Notes: generated from the letters alone by a model not told the origin. DNA of 32,000 bases from Flavobacteriaceae bacterium (GCA_965224465.1 OZ245049.1:4950001-4982000); one strand, 5' to 3'; shown: positions 9,039 to 19,824, counted from the stretch's first letter. Translations and numbers: made by a program.

Positions 9039-11366
9039 ATGAAACATATAGTTCGCAACGTTTTTAGGATTTTAATGATGTTATTTTTAGCTGTCTCTTG
9101 TACAAAACCAACAAAAGTTTTTGTAGAAAGTGACCTGAAAATCATTCCAAAACCGGTCTCTTTAGTCTTAAATAAGGGAGTGTTTGAATTTAATAAAAAC
9201 ACCGTTTTTGTAGTAAATAATGATGAGCAACACGAAATTGCTGCTGCATTGACTAAAAAATTGAAAGCGGCTGCTGGATTGGATGTTAACATAATATCGT
9301 CCCCTGTAAATACTAATTTTATTGCATTTGTAAAGGATGCGTCTTTGGCTACAGAGGGCTATACTTTAAGTGTATCTTCTTCTAGTATCACCATTAAAGC
9401 AAAGACAAACGCTGGGTTTATATACGGATTGGAAACCATACGTCAATTATTACCTACAGCTATTGAAAGCAATACGCTGGTTAGTGATGCGCAATGGGTG
9501 ATTCCTGCTGTAGAAATTAAGGATAAACCTCGCTTTGAATGGAGAGGGTTGATGTTGGATCTTTCGCGTCATTTTTTCGGAAAATCGTATTTGAAGAAAA
9601 CGATTGATGCGCTAGCAATGCATAAAATGAATGTACTACACTTGCATTTAGTGGATGACCAAGGGTGGAGAATAGAAATCAAAAAGTATCCTAAATTAAC
9701 AAGTATTGGTGCTTGGCGTGTAGATCAAGAAGATGCACCTTGGAATGGTAGAGAAGCGGTAACAGCGGATCAAAAAGGAACCTATGGAGGGTTTTTGACT
9801 CAGAAAGATTTGAAAGAAATTGTGTTGTATGCCCAACTTAAGAACGTAGAGATTATTCCAGAAATAGAAATGCCAGCCCATGTGTCTTCTGCCATTGCTG
9901 CATATCCTGAACTGTCTTGTTTTGACACTAAAATAGGCGTGCCTTCTGGTGGATTGTGGCCCATTACTGATATTTATTGTGCAGGAAAAGAGCATACGTT
10001 CGAATTTTTAGAAAATGTATTGTTAGAAGTGATGGATATTTTTCCTTCTAAATATATCCATATTGGTGGGGATGAAGCCACCAAAACCAATTGGAAAAAA
10101 TGTCCGCATTGTAAAAAACGTATGAAAACGGAAGGGCTTGCCAATGCAGAAGAATTACAAAGCTATTTTATCAAGCGTATAGAGAAATTTATCAAATCAA
10201 AAGGAAAGAAACTCATAGGTTGGGATGAGATTTTAGAAGGTGGATTGGCGCCAGACGCAACGGTGATGAGCTGGAGAGGTGTCAAAGGTGGCTTGGAAGC
10301 GGCTAAACATGGCAATGATGTGGTGATGACTCCTGGAAGTCATTGTTATTTTGACCATTACCAAGGACCTAGAGATAATGAGCCACAAGCATGGGGAGGC
10401 TATACACCTTTAAGTAAAGTGTATACTTTTGATCCAGTGGTTGATGGGATGACAGCAGAAGAAGCCAACCATGTACTAGGAGGTCAAGCAAATTTATGGG
10501 CTGAGTTTGTACCTACAGCTTCCCAGTCTGAATATATGATTTATCCACGTATTGCTGCATTGGCAGAAACTTTATGGAGTCCTAAAGCATCCCGGAATTG
10601 GGGCGATTTTTCTAAGCGCATCCCAGCAATGTTTGAACGCTATGAATATCTAGGAATCAATTATGCCAAAAGTGTGTATTTGATTACGGCTGCTACTAAA
10701 ATGAATTTAGAAACCAACCAAGTAGAAGTTTCCTTAAAAAACGAGTTTCTAGATGCTGATATTCGGTATAATTTGGATGGTTTAGCAATTACTGAAAATG
10801 CGGTCAAATACGCAACACCTGTCCTGTTGACAAAAACAACAACAATACATGCTTCTCTATTTAAAAATAACAAACCTGTAGGATTGGTGTTTGAGAAAAC
10901 GATCAATTTTCACAAGGCTGTTGGTAAAAAAGTGAATTATATCCAAAAGTATAGCGATCAATACAAAGGAGCTGCAGCTGTTGGTTTGGTGAATGTACTC
11001 AGAGGGTCTAAGGATTTTCACGATGGTCAATGGCAAGGTTGGATTGGAAATGATATGGAGGTTGTGATCGCTACAAAAGGGATAGATTTTGAAACAATAA
11101 CTGTTGGTTCTATGGAAGATCAAGGTTCTGGGATATATTTTCCAAGCCAGATTACGGTACTTGTTTCAGACGATGGTGTAGATTTTAAACAAGTTGCTCA
11201 AATAGACAGACCTTTTGCTAAAAATGCCAATGCTGCATTGCATAATTTTGAAATTCCTGTAGGCGTTCAACATACTAATTTTTTGAAAGTGATAGCGAAA
11301 AATTTAGGAAAAGCTCCAAACGGTGGCGATACTTGGTTATTTGTAGATGAAATTTTAATAAATTAA
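9039..11366 (+). CDS. GH20 beta-N-acetylhexosaminidase with C-terminal F5/8 type C (discoidin/CBM32-like) domain, paralog A
   Basis: Lipoprotein signal FLAVSC. GH20 motifs: RFEWRGLMLDLSRHF, MNVLHLHLVDDQGWRIEIKKYP, IPEIEMPAHV, HIGGDE. The C-terminal ~150 aa look discoidin-like (FHDGQWQGW ... WLFVDEILIN). Confidence 0.92.
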   Translation: MKHIVRNVFRILMMLFLAVSCTKPTKVFVESDLKIIPKPVSLVLNKGVFEFNKNTVFVVNNDEQHEIAAALTKKLKAAAGLDVNIISSPVNTNFIAFVKDASLATEGYTLSVSSSSITIKAKTNAGFIYGLETIRQLLPTAIESNTLVSDAQWVIPAVEIKDKPRFEWRGLMLDLSRHFFGKSYLKKTIDALAMHKMNVLHLHLVDDQGWRIEIKKYPKLTSIGAWRVDQEDAPWNGREAVTADQKGTYGGFLTQKDLKEIVLYAQLKNVEIIPEIEMPAHVSSAIAAYPELSCFDTKIGVPSGGLWPITDIYCAGKEHTFEFLENVLLEVMDIFPSKYIHIGGDEATKTNWKKCPHCKKRMKTEGLANAEELQSYFIKRIEKFIKSKGKKLIGWDEILEGGLAPDATVMSWRGVKGGLEAAKHGNDVVMTPGSHCYFDHYQGPRDNEPQAWGGYTPLSKVYTFDPVVDGMTAEEANHVLGGQANLWAEFVPTASQSEYMIYPRIAALAETLWSPKASRNWGDFSKRIPAMFERYEYLGINYAKSVYLITAATKMNLETNQVEVSLKNEFLDADIRYNLDGLAITENAVKYATPVLLTKTTTIHASLFKNNKPVGLVFEKTINFHKAVGKKVNYIQKYSDQYKGAAAVGLVNVLRGSKDFHDGQWQGWIGNDMEVVIATKGIDFETITVGSMEDQGSGIYFPSQITVLVSDDGVDFKQVAQIDRPFAKNANAALHNFEIPVGVQHTNFLKVIAKNLGKAPNGGDTWLFVDEILIN

Positions 11367-11377
11367 TACGGTGTAAA

Positions 11378-13699
11378 ATGACTTATTTTAAATATATACT
11401 ATGTGTTTTTTTTAGTATTGCATTGCTTTCTTGTCGTACAAAAACAGCAAAGGTTTTTACAGACGAGGATATTAAAATTATTCCAAAACCAGTTTCAGCT
11501 GTTTTAAAAAAAGGAGTATTTGAATTTGATGAAAATACAAGCATTACCGTCTTAAACCCACTGGCTAATGAGGCTGTTATTCTTTTGAGTAAAAAACTAA
11601 AAGTAGCCGCAGGTATTGAAGTAATTATTAAAGATATCGAAGGAAAGAATAGCGATAAAATTATTTTTAAAACCGACAGCTCTTTGACAAAAGAAGGCTA
11701 TGAATTGGATGTAGATCATGGGCTGATCACTATAAAAGCCATTAGTAAACAAGGCTTTTTATATGGAGTACAAAGTTTATTACAACTACTTCCTGTTCAG
11801 ATTGAAAGTTTAAAGGAACTAAGGGATATCGACTGGATTGTTCCTAATATAGCAATTAAAGATCAACCGCGTTTTAAATGGCGTGGATTGATGTTAGATG
11901 TTTCTCGTCATTTTTTTAAGGTTGATTATATAAAACAGGTGATAGATGGACTGTCCAAACACAAAATGAATGTGTTGCATTTACATTTAGTAGATAGCCA
12001 AGGATGGAGAATTGAAATTAAAAAGTATCCCAAATTAACATCTGTTGGTGCTTTTAGGTTAGACTCGGAGAATAAGCAATTGAAAGATATTAATGGAAAA
12101 GTCGAGGGCTATGAGCAAACGCAAGGAGGGTTTTATACCCAAGAGGATATCAAGGATATTGTAGCGTATGCCACCTTAAAAGGGATTGAGGTAATTCCAG
12201 AAATTGAGATGCCAGCGCATGTTGGAAGTGCTGTGGCTGCGTATCCAAGCTTGAGCTGTGGTAGGTATTTAAATGATATTCCAGCCTCTGATTGGGAAAA
12301 CCCTGGGATGTATTGTGCAGGAAAAGAAGCCACTTTTGAGTTTTTAGAAAATGTACTGTTGGAAGTGATGCCTTTGTTTCCTTCTAAATATGTACATATT
12401 GGAGGAGATGAAGCAGGAAAAGATACCTGGAGAAAATGTAAAGACTGTCAAAAACGTATTATAAACGAAAAATTAAAAAACGAAGACGAATTACAGAGTT
12501 ATTTTATCAAACGCATGGATAAATTTTTAACATCGAAAGGGAAAACCTTGATCGGTTGGGACGAAATTTTGGAAGGTGGATTGGCAAAAGATGCTACAGT
12601 GATGAGTTGGCGTGGTGTTGAAGGTGGTTTGGAAGCTACAAAACATGGGAATGATGTGGTGATGACACCTGGAAGTCACTGTTATTTTGACCATTATCAA
12701 GGGCCTCAATCCGAAGAACCATTGGCTTGGGGTGGTTTTACTACCTTGAGTAAAGTGTATGAATTTGATCCTATAGTGGAAGGCATGTCGCCAGAGGAAG
12801 CTGCACATGTTTTAGGAGGACAAGCAAATTTATGGTCAGAATATATTCCTACAGAATCTCATTCGCAATACATGATGTTTCCTAGGTTAGCCGCAATGTC
12901 CGAGGTGCTGTGGACTCCTAAAGAATCACTTTCGTGGGACGATTTTTCCCGACGTTTATTTTCATTATTAAAGCGCTATGATCTTTTGGGAATCAATTAT
13001 GCGAAAAGTGCTTTTTTAGTGACCTATGACACAAAAATAACATCGGAACACAAAGAATTGGAAATTAGTTTGCAAAACGAATTTACAGGAACTGATATTC
13101 GATATACATTGGATGGTAGTCCTGTGACAGCAGAGAGTGTTTCATATACGAAACCTTTTTTGATCCAAAAAACGTGTCATATCAATGCTTCTGTTTTTGA
13201 GAATAGTACGGCTGTAGGAAAGTTACTGAGTCAGTCTTTTATCTATCACAAAGCAGTAGGGAAAACACTAGAGTACCTTACGGATTATAACGATAGTTAT
13301 AAAGGTGTTGGCGCTTATACATTGGTAAATACCATTAGGGGGAGTACAAATTTTCACGATGGTCAATGGCAAGCTTGGTTAGATACAGACATGGAATTAA
13401 TCATTGATTTAGAAACGGAAACAGAGGTAGGTAAAGTAACTGTTGGTGCGATGGAAAATCAAATTCCAGGTATTTTTTATCCTTGCAGTTTTAAGGTGTT
13501 TATTTCTGATGATGGCATACACTTTAAGGAGGTTGGAAGTTTAAAAAGAGACTTTGTGAAAAATGAAATACCGGTTCTTAAAGATTTTGAAATTGTATTT
13601 AAAACTGAAAAAACGAGTTTTGTAAAAGTAATCGCCGAAGGTTATAAAAAAGATCATGGTGGTGTATTTATTTTTATTGATGAGGTTTTAATCAATTAG
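11378..13699 (+). CDS. GH20 beta-N-acetylhexosaminidase with C-terminal F5/8 type C domain, paralog B
   Basis: Same architecture and motifs as the upstream gene: RFKWRGLMLDVSRHF, HLHLVDSQGWRIEIKKYP, IPEIEMPAHV, HIGGDE, ending FIFIDEVLIN. Collinear with paralog A over the full length. Confidence 0.92.
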   Translation: MTYFKYILCVFFSIALLSCRTKTAKVFTDEDIKIIPKPVSAVLKKGVFEFDENTSITVLNPLANEAVILLSKKLKVAAGIEVIIKDIEGKNSDKIIFKTDSSLTKEGYELDVDHGLITIKAISKQGFLYGVQSLLQLLPVQIESLKELRDIDWIVPNIAIKDQPRFKWRGLMLDVSRHFFKVDYIKQVIDGLSKHKMNVLHLHLVDSQGWRIEIKKYPKLTSVGAFRLDSENKQLKDINGKVEGYEQTQGGFYTQEDIKDIVAYATLKGIEVIPEIEMPAHVGSAVAAYPSLSCGRYLNDIPASDWENPGMYCAGKEATFEFLENVLLEVMPLFPSKYVHIGGDEAGKDTWRKCKDCQKRIINEKLKNEDELQSYFIKRMDKFLTSKGKTLIGWDEILEGGLAKDATVMSWRGVEGGLEATKHGNDVVMTPGSHCYFDHYQGPQSEEPLAWGGFTTLSKVYEFDPIVEGMSPEEAAHVLGGQANLWSEYIPTESHSQYMMFPRLAAMSEVLWTPKESLSWDDFSRRLFSLLKRYDLLGINYAKSAFLVTYDTKITSEHKELEISLQNEFTGTDIRYTLDGSPVTAESVSYTKPFLIQKTCHINASVFENSTAVGKLLSQSFIYHKAVGKTLEYLTDYNDSYKGVGAYTLVNTIRGSTNFHDGQWQAWLDTDMELIIDLETETEVGKVTVGAMENQIPGIFYPCSFKVFISDDGIHFKEVGSLKRDFVKNEIPVLKDFEIVFKTEKTSFVKVIAEGYKKDHGGVFIFIDEVLIN

Positions 13700-13737
13700 T
13701 TACAGAAGAAGATATCATCCTAAATAAACGAGAAATA

Positions 13738-16053
13738 ATGATGAAATATATAGTAAAATCCGTTGTATTGGCACTTGTGTTATTCTCTTGTTCTAAACAA
13801 GAAAATCAGCAGCAAACAAAAAAAACAGCAGGTGATTTAGTAGATTTAGTGAATCCATTAATGGGGACAGATTCCGAGTTTAAACTGTCCAATGGAAATA
13901 CCTATCCTGCGATTGCATTGCCTTGGGGAATGAATTTCTGGACCCCAACTACGGCAAAAATGGGGGATGGTTGGACCTATAAATACGATGATTATAAAAT
14001 CAGAGGTATTAAACAAACACATCAGCCTAGTCCTTGGATTAACGATTATGCTGCATTCTCTTTTATGGCAACAACGGGCCCTTTGAAATTTCAAGAAGAT
14101 GCACGTGCGTCTTGGTTTTCTCATAAGTCAGAAACTGTAAGGCCTTATTACTATTCGGTATATTTAGCCGATTACGATGTTGTGGCAGAAGTAACACCTA
14201 CCGAACGTGCGGTACAATTTAAATTTACCTTTCCGGAATCTGAGGAGTCTTATATTATTTTAGATGCTTTTTTTAAAGGGTCTATGGTGAAGATTATTCC
14301 GGAAGAACGTAAAATTATTGGCTATTGTAGAAATAATAGTGGTGGTGTTCCTGAAAATTTTCACAATTATTTTGTGGCGGAATTTGATAAGGATTTTGAA
14401 GTACATCACACATGGAATGATGGTTGGGAATTACTAAAGAATTCGTTGGACAGTGAAGGGGATCATGTAGGAGCTATTATCGGTTTTAAAACAAAAAAAG
14501 GGGAAGTAGTACATGTAAAAGTAGCATCGTCGTTTATAAGCCCTGAACAAGCACAAATTAATTTGTCTAGAGAAGTAGGTACGGCTACTTTTGAACAAAC
14601 AAAAGAGAAAGCAAAACAAGCTTGGGAGAAAGAATTAGGACGCATTGTTGTAGAAGATGATAACCAAGAGCACTTAAAAACGTTCTATTCTAGTTTGTAC
14701 CGTGTCTTGTTGTTTCCTAGAAAATTTTATGAGTTTGATAAAGACAATAAAATAGTGCATTACAGTCCGTACAATGGAAAAGTACTCCCAGGATATATGT
14801 TTACAGACAATGGGTTTTGGGATACGTTTAGAGCCGTATTTCCGTTTTTTAATATGATGTATCCAACAGTGAATGGTCATATTATGAAAGGATTGGAGAA
14901 TACCTATAAGGAATCTGGTTGGTTGCCAGAATGGGCGAGTCCTGGTCATAGAGATTGTATGATTGGTTCGAATTCGGCACCTATTATAGCGGATGCCTTT
15001 TTAAAAGGTGTGAAAAATATGGATACAGAATTGTTGCTGGAAGCCCTCTTAAAAAATGCGACCCAATTGGAAGGAAGACCTGTTAATTCTGTTGGTAGAG
15101 CTGGATTGGATTACTATAATAAATTAGGGTATGTGCCTTATAATGTTGGAATCAATGAGAATGCAGCACGTACGTTGGAATATGCCTATGCCGATTTTAC
15201 GATAGCAAAAATGGCTCAAAAATTAGGGAAGACTGCCATTGCTGAAAAATATTTTAAGCAATCGATGAATTATAAAAATGTATTTGATCCCAGTGTAAAT
15301 CTAATGCGAGGAAAAAATAAAGAAGGTGATTTTCAAACGCCATTCAATCCATTGAAATGGGGAGATGCCTTTACAGAAGGAAATAGCCTCCATTATACCT
15401 GGTCTGTTTTTCACGACATTCAAGGCTTGATAGATTTAATGGGAGGAAAAGAAGAATTTGCTGCTAAATTGGATGCTGTATTCTCAATGCCTCCTAAATT
15501 TGATGCCTCTTATTACGGACAAACCATTCACGAAATTAGAGAAATGCAAATTGCCAATATGGGGAATTATGCGCATGGAAATCAGCCAATTCAACACATG
15601 ATTTATTTGTATGATTTTGTAAATCAACCCTACAAAGCACAAGCAAGAGTTCGTGAAGTATTGACGAGGTTATACGCGGCTACTCCTGACGGATATTGTG
15701 GAGACGAGGACAATGGTCAAACATCTGCATGGTATGTGTTTAGTTCCTTAGGATTTTATCCGGTGACGCCAGGAGTGGATCAATATGTTATTGGAAGTCC
15801 ATTATTTGATAAGGCGACGCTTTATTTAGAAAACGGAAACACCTTTGAAATTAAATCAAAAAACAACTCAAAAAATAATTTCTATATTCAAAAAGCCTCA
15901 TTAAATGGGGAACCATACTCAAACACATATCTTAATTTTGATGCCGTTCAACAAGGAGGTTCTTTGTTGTTTGAGATGGGAGCACAGCCTAATAAAAGCT
16001 GGGGAGCTAAGATAGAAAATGTACCATATTCATTAAGTACCGAAAAAAAATAA
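13738..16053 (+). CDS. GH92 alpha-mannosidase (copy 2)
   Basis: 771 aa with lipoprotein signal LVLFSC. GH92 motifs: VNPLMGTDS, FWDTFRA, HGNQPIQH, GDEDNGQTSAWY. Confidence 0.9.
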   Translation: MMKYIVKSVVLALVLFSCSKQENQQQTKKTAGDLVDLVNPLMGTDSEFKLSNGNTYPAIALPWGMNFWTPTTAKMGDGWTYKYDDYKIRGIKQTHQPSPWINDYAAFSFMATTGPLKFQEDARASWFSHKSETVRPYYYSVYLADYDVVAEVTPTERAVQFKFTFPESEESYIILDAFFKGSMVKIIPEERKIIGYCRNNSGGVPENFHNYFVAEFDKDFEVHHTWNDGWELLKNSLDSEGDHVGAIIGFKTKKGEVVHVKVASSFISPEQAQINLSREVGTATFEQTKEKAKQAWEKELGRIVVEDDNQEHLKTFYSSLYRVLLFPRKFYEFDKDNKIVHYSPYNGKVLPGYMFTDNGFWDTFRAVFPFFNMMYPTVNGHIMKGLENTYKESGWLPEWASPGHRDCMIGSNSAPIIADAFLKGVKNMDTELLLEALLKNATQLEGRPVNSVGRAGLDYYNKLGYVPYNVGINENAARTLEYAYADFTIAKMAQKLGKTAIAEKYFKQSMNYKNVFDPSVNLMRGKNKEGDFQTPFNPLKWGDAFTEGNSLHYTWSVFHDIQGLIDLMGGKEEFAAKLDAVFSMPPKFDASYYGQTIHEIREMQIANMGNYAHGNQPIQHMIYLYDFVNQPYKAQARVREVLTRLYAATPDGYCGDEDNGQTSAWYVFSSLGFYPVTPGVDQYVIGSPLFDKATLYLENGNTFEIKSKNNSKNNFYIQKASLNGEPYSNTYLNFDAVQQGGSLLFEMGAQPNKSWGAKIENVPYSLSTEKK

Positions 16054-16081
16054 ATGATGTAATTTTTAAATTATTCCTGTT

Positions 16082-17557
16082 ATGAAAAATTGTGTAGTAT
16101 TATTAGTATTGATTTTTTCCTCTCAATTATTTTCTCAAGCCATCTATGAAGATGAGCGTTATGTACCCGAAACAGATCCGTTGGTTCTAAAAAAATTAGA
16201 ACAATGGCAGGATAAGAAATTCGGTCTGCTAATGCATTGGGGGACCTATAGTCAATGGGGTATTGTAGAGTCTTGGTCTTTATGTCCAGAAGATTACGGA
16301 TGGTGTGAGCGTAAAAAAGGAGCAAATCCTAAAAATTATTATGCATATAAAAAGGAATATGAAGGCTTGAAAAACAGTTTCAATCCAGTGAAGTTTAATC
16401 CTGAAAAATGGGCTCATGCAGCTCAGAAAGCAGGGATGAAATACATGATATTTACGACCAAGCATCACGATGGTTTTTCGATGTTTGATTCTAAGTATAC
16501 CGATTATAAAGTAACGGACAAGGAATGTGCTTTTAGTACGAATCCTAAGGCAAATATCACTAAAGAAATTTTTAATGCCTTTAGAAAGGAACAGTTATGG
16601 ATTGGTGCTTATTTTTCGAAGCCAGATTGGCATAACGAAAATTATTGGGATCCGTATTTCCCTCCTTTTGATAGAAACGTAAATTATGATCCTGCTACAC
16701 ATCCCGAAAAATGGCAAAAATTTGTTGATTTCACCCACCATCAAATTCTTGAATTATTGAGTGATTATGGAAAGGTGGATATTTTATGGCTTGATGGTGG
16801 ATGGGTTGCAAAGACTTCTGAAAAAGAAATTGACGCCTTTTATATGAAGAAAATCGCGAATAATAAAGGTGGTTTTTTAAAAAGTTCTATCGTGAATCAG
16901 GATATTAAAATGGATGAATTGGTGATCGAAGCAAGGAAGAAACAACCTGGTTTAATTGTTGTAGATAGAGCAGTACATGGTAAAAATCAAAATTATTTAA
17001 CACCAGAAAATCGAGTTCCAGAAAAAAGCTTGCCCTATCCATGGGAATCTTGTATTATCTCTGGAGGTGGGTGGTCCTATACGCCAGATGCTACGTATAT
17101 GAGTGGTAGAAAAGGAATTCAGATGTTGATTGATGTGGTTGCAAAAGGCGGTAATTTATTATTGAATATTGCCCCAAGCCCAGAAGGAGAATGGCAACAA
17201 GGAGCCTATGATTTGTTAAATGAATATGCAGACTGGATGGCTGTAAATAGTACCGCTATTTACAATACCAAACCGATAGCTCCTTTTAAGGAGGGGAATA
17301 TTTGTATGACTCAAAATAAAGCGGGTAACGTGTTTTTATTTTATTTGGCAAAAGAGGGTGAAACTAAAATTCCTTCTGAAATTGTGCTCAAGTCAATCAG
17401 TCCTAAAAAGGGTTCTAAAATTACGTTATTAGGATCTAATAAAACATTAAAATGGTCATCATTGAAAGAGGGGTTTAAAGTAAAAATACCAAGGTCGTTG
17501 CGTGCTAATTTACCGTGTAAGTATGCCTGGACATTAAAAATTGAAGCGGTAGAATAA
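16082..17557 (+). CDS. GH29 alpha-L-fucosidase
   Basis: Sec signal peptide. GH29 motifs: FGLLMHWG, YMIFTTKHHDGFSMFDS, ILWLDGGW. Confidence 0.9.
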   Translation: MKNCVVLLVLIFSSQLFSQAIYEDERYVPETDPLVLKKLEQWQDKKFGLLMHWGTYSQWGIVESWSLCPEDYGWCERKKGANPKNYYAYKKEYEGLKNSFNPVKFNPEKWAHAAQKAGMKYMIFTTKHHDGFSMFDSKYTDYKVTDKECAFSTNPKANITKEIFNAFRKEQLWIGAYFSKPDWHNENYWDPYFPPFDRNVNYDPATHPEKWQKFVDFTHHQILELLSDYGKVDILWLDGGWVAKTSEKEIDAFYMKKIANNKGGFLKSSIVNQDIKMDELVIEARKKQPGLIVVDRAVHGKNQNYLTPENRVPEKSLPYPWESCIISGGGWSYTPDATYMSGRKGIQMLIDVVAKGGNLLLNIAPSPEGEWQQGAYDLLNEYADWMAVNSTAIYNTKPIAPFKEGNICMTQNKAGNVFLFYLAKEGETKIPSEIVLKSISPKKGSKITLLGSNKTLKWSSLKEGFKVKIPRSLRANLPCKYAWTLKIEAVE

Positions 17558-17575
17558 TTAAAATACAGATTTTAA

Positions 17576-19801
17576 ATGAATAAATTTAACAGTTTTTTAT
17601 TGGTTTGCTTGGCTAATGTATCCATACTATTAGCGCAACAACCAGCAGATTTTGTAAATCCATTTATTGGAACTTCTAATTATGGAGCTACATTCCCGGG
17701 GCCTATTGCACCTAGAGGAATGGCTAGTGTGAGCCCCTTTAATGTGGCGGGCCCACAAAACATGCCTTTGGAAAAAGACAGCCGTTGGTTGTCCAATCCT
17801 TATGTAAATGAAAACACCTTTCTAACAGGGTTTTCTCAAGTAAATTTAAGTGGTGTTGGTTGCCCTGATTTGGGCGTGTTATTATTGATGCCTACCACAG
17901 GAGCACTTGAAACAGATCACTTAAAATATGGATCTACCTATTCCAATGAGCTTGCAAAAACGGGATATTACAGTACAACTATAGATAAATCGAAGGTAAA
18001 AGTGGAGCTCACCGCCACAAAAAGAGTGGGGGTAAATAAATACACTTTTCCTAAAGGGACATCCAATGTACTGTTAAATCTAGGTCTTGGTTTGACAAAC
18101 GAAGAAGGTGCAATGGTAAAAATAGTGTCTGCTACAGAAATAGAGGGAATGCGAAGCGTGGGGTCGTTCTGTTATAATAGTCCCGAGGCTGCCTATCCAG
18201 TTTATTTTGTTGCCAAATTTTCAAAACCAGCTACTGCATTTGGCGTTTGGAAAAAACCTGAAACCTATAAAGGGGTAGAAGCCCAGTGGATGGGGTATAA
18301 TGGGAAAACACGAATCATGAAAAATGCGACTAGAATGGTGGTTGGGAATGATATAGGGACTTATTTTACCTATCATTTTGAAGAAGAGACGTCGGTGGTT
18401 GTTAAGGTCGGAGTTTCCTATGTAAGTATTGAAAACGCCCGTGAGAATTTAGAGATAGAAACAGGGAATAAATCCTTTGAAACAATCTATAAAGAAACCT
18501 TTACGGCATGGAATACGCTGTTGTCAAGAATTAAAGTGGAAGGTGGGTCTAAAGATGATAAAACCATTTTTTACACCGCTTTATACCATACTTTAATTCA
18601 TCCCAATACCTTAAATGATGCCAACGGTCAATATCCAGAAATAAAAACAGGTAAGATTGGAACTACAGAAGGGACGCGTTATACCGTGTTTTCTTTGTGG
18701 GACACCTATCGTAATTTACACCAATTGATGTCTTTGGTATACCCAAAACAGCAGTCTGATATGGTAAAAAGTATGATAGATATGTATGACGAAAATGGCT
18801 GGTTGCCTAAGTGGGAATTGAATTCAACCGAAACATTTACGATGGTAGGAGATCCTGCAGGTATTGTAATTACGGATACGTATTTAAAAGGGATTCGTGA
18901 TTTTGATGTTCAGAAAGCTTATAAAGCCATGTTAAAAGGAGCAGATCAAATGGAGAAGAACCCTGTAAGACCTGGACTTAAAAGTTATATTGAAAAAGGT
19001 TATTTACCTGCAAAATCTGGAGGTTCGGTGTCTACAACCGAGGAGTACAATACGTCCGATTATGCCATTTCTTTATTGGCGAAAGAACTTGGGAAAAAAG
19101 ACGATTACAAGAGATTTAAAAAAAGATCCTTGTCTTATAAAAACTTGTTTGATCCTAAATTTGGACTTCTGCGCCCTAAAAATGCAGATGGCTCATGGTA
19201 CACACCTTTTGATCCAGATGCGGGTGCTAATTTTACTAAAAACGTTGGTTTTATAGAAGGAAATGCTTGGCAATATGCCTTTATGGTTCCGCATGATATG
19301 AAGGGCTTGATGCAATTAATGGGAGGAGCGAAAAAGTTTTCTAAAAATTTACAGCATGTATTTGATACCGATAAATTTGACATGGCAAATGAACCAGATA
19401 TCGCCTATCCATTTTTGTTTAATTATGTGAAAGGTCAAGAGTGGAGAAGTCAAGAAAAAGTGCAAGAATTAGTGCGTAAATATTTTCAAAATAAACCTGC
19501 AGGATTGCCAGGGAATGATGATACTGGAACTATGTCTGCATGGTTGGTCTATGCCATGATGGGAGTGTATCCGATATCTCCAGGAGAAACTAAGTACGCA
19601 ATTACCACTCCGTTTTTTGATAAAATAACCATTCAATTGGATAGCAATTATTATAAAAACAAGGACTTGGTGATCAAAAAAGGCGGAAAATCTAAAGGGA
19701 AAATTTCTAAGATTTTAAGCGATGGAAAGCGGCATCGAGGCTATTTTATCGATCATAAAGACTTAGTAGAGAGTAAGGTGTTAGAAATTATTTTAAAATA
19801 A
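17576..19801 (+). CDS. GH92 alpha-mannosidase (copy 3)
   Basis: 741 aa with Sec signal peptide. GH92 motifs: VNPFIGTSN, SLWDTYRN, MANEPDIAYPF, GNDDTGTMSAW. Confidence 0.9.
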   Translation: MNKFNSFLLVCLANVSILLAQQPADFVNPFIGTSNYGATFPGPIAPRGMASVSPFNVAGPQNMPLEKDSRWLSNPYVNENTFLTGFSQVNLSGVGCPDLGVLLLMPTTGALETDHLKYGSTYSNELAKTGYYSTTIDKSKVKVELTATKRVGVNKYTFPKGTSNVLLNLGLGLTNEEGAMVKIVSATEIEGMRSVGSFCYNSPEAAYPVYFVAKFSKPATAFGVWKKPETYKGVEAQWMGYNGKTRIMKNATRMVVGNDIGTYFTYHFEEETSVVVKVGVSYVSIENARENLEIETGNKSFETIYKETFTAWNTLLSRIKVEGGSKDDKTIFYTALYHTLIHPNTLNDANGQYPEIKTGKIGTTEGTRYTVFSLWDTYRNLHQLMSLVYPKQQSDMVKSMIDMYDENGWLPKWELNSTETFTMVGDPAGIVITDTYLKGIRDFDVQKAYKAMLKGADQMEKNPVRPGLKSYIEKGYLPAKSGGSVSTTEEYNTSDYAISLLAKELGKKDDYKRFKKRSLSYKNLFDPKFGLLRPKNADGSWYTPFDPDAGANFTKNVGFIEGNAWQYAFMVPHDMKGLMQLMGGAKKFSKNLQHVFDTDKFDMANEPDIAYPFLFNYVKGQEWRSQEKVQELVRKYFQNKPAGLPGNDDTGTMSAWLVYAMMGVYPISPGETKYAITTPFFDKITIQLDSNYYKNKDLVIKKGGKSKGKISKILSDGKRHRGYFIDHKDLVESKVLEIILK

Positions 19802-19824
19802 AAGATCTTAGGATCAATATTAAT

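Noticed and set aside
8571-19256. Two + strand ORFs nested out of frame inside manA (8571..8756) and GH92 copy 3 (18990..19256)
   Set aside because: They are alternative frames of well-supported genes. They have no independent start context and no recognisable domain.
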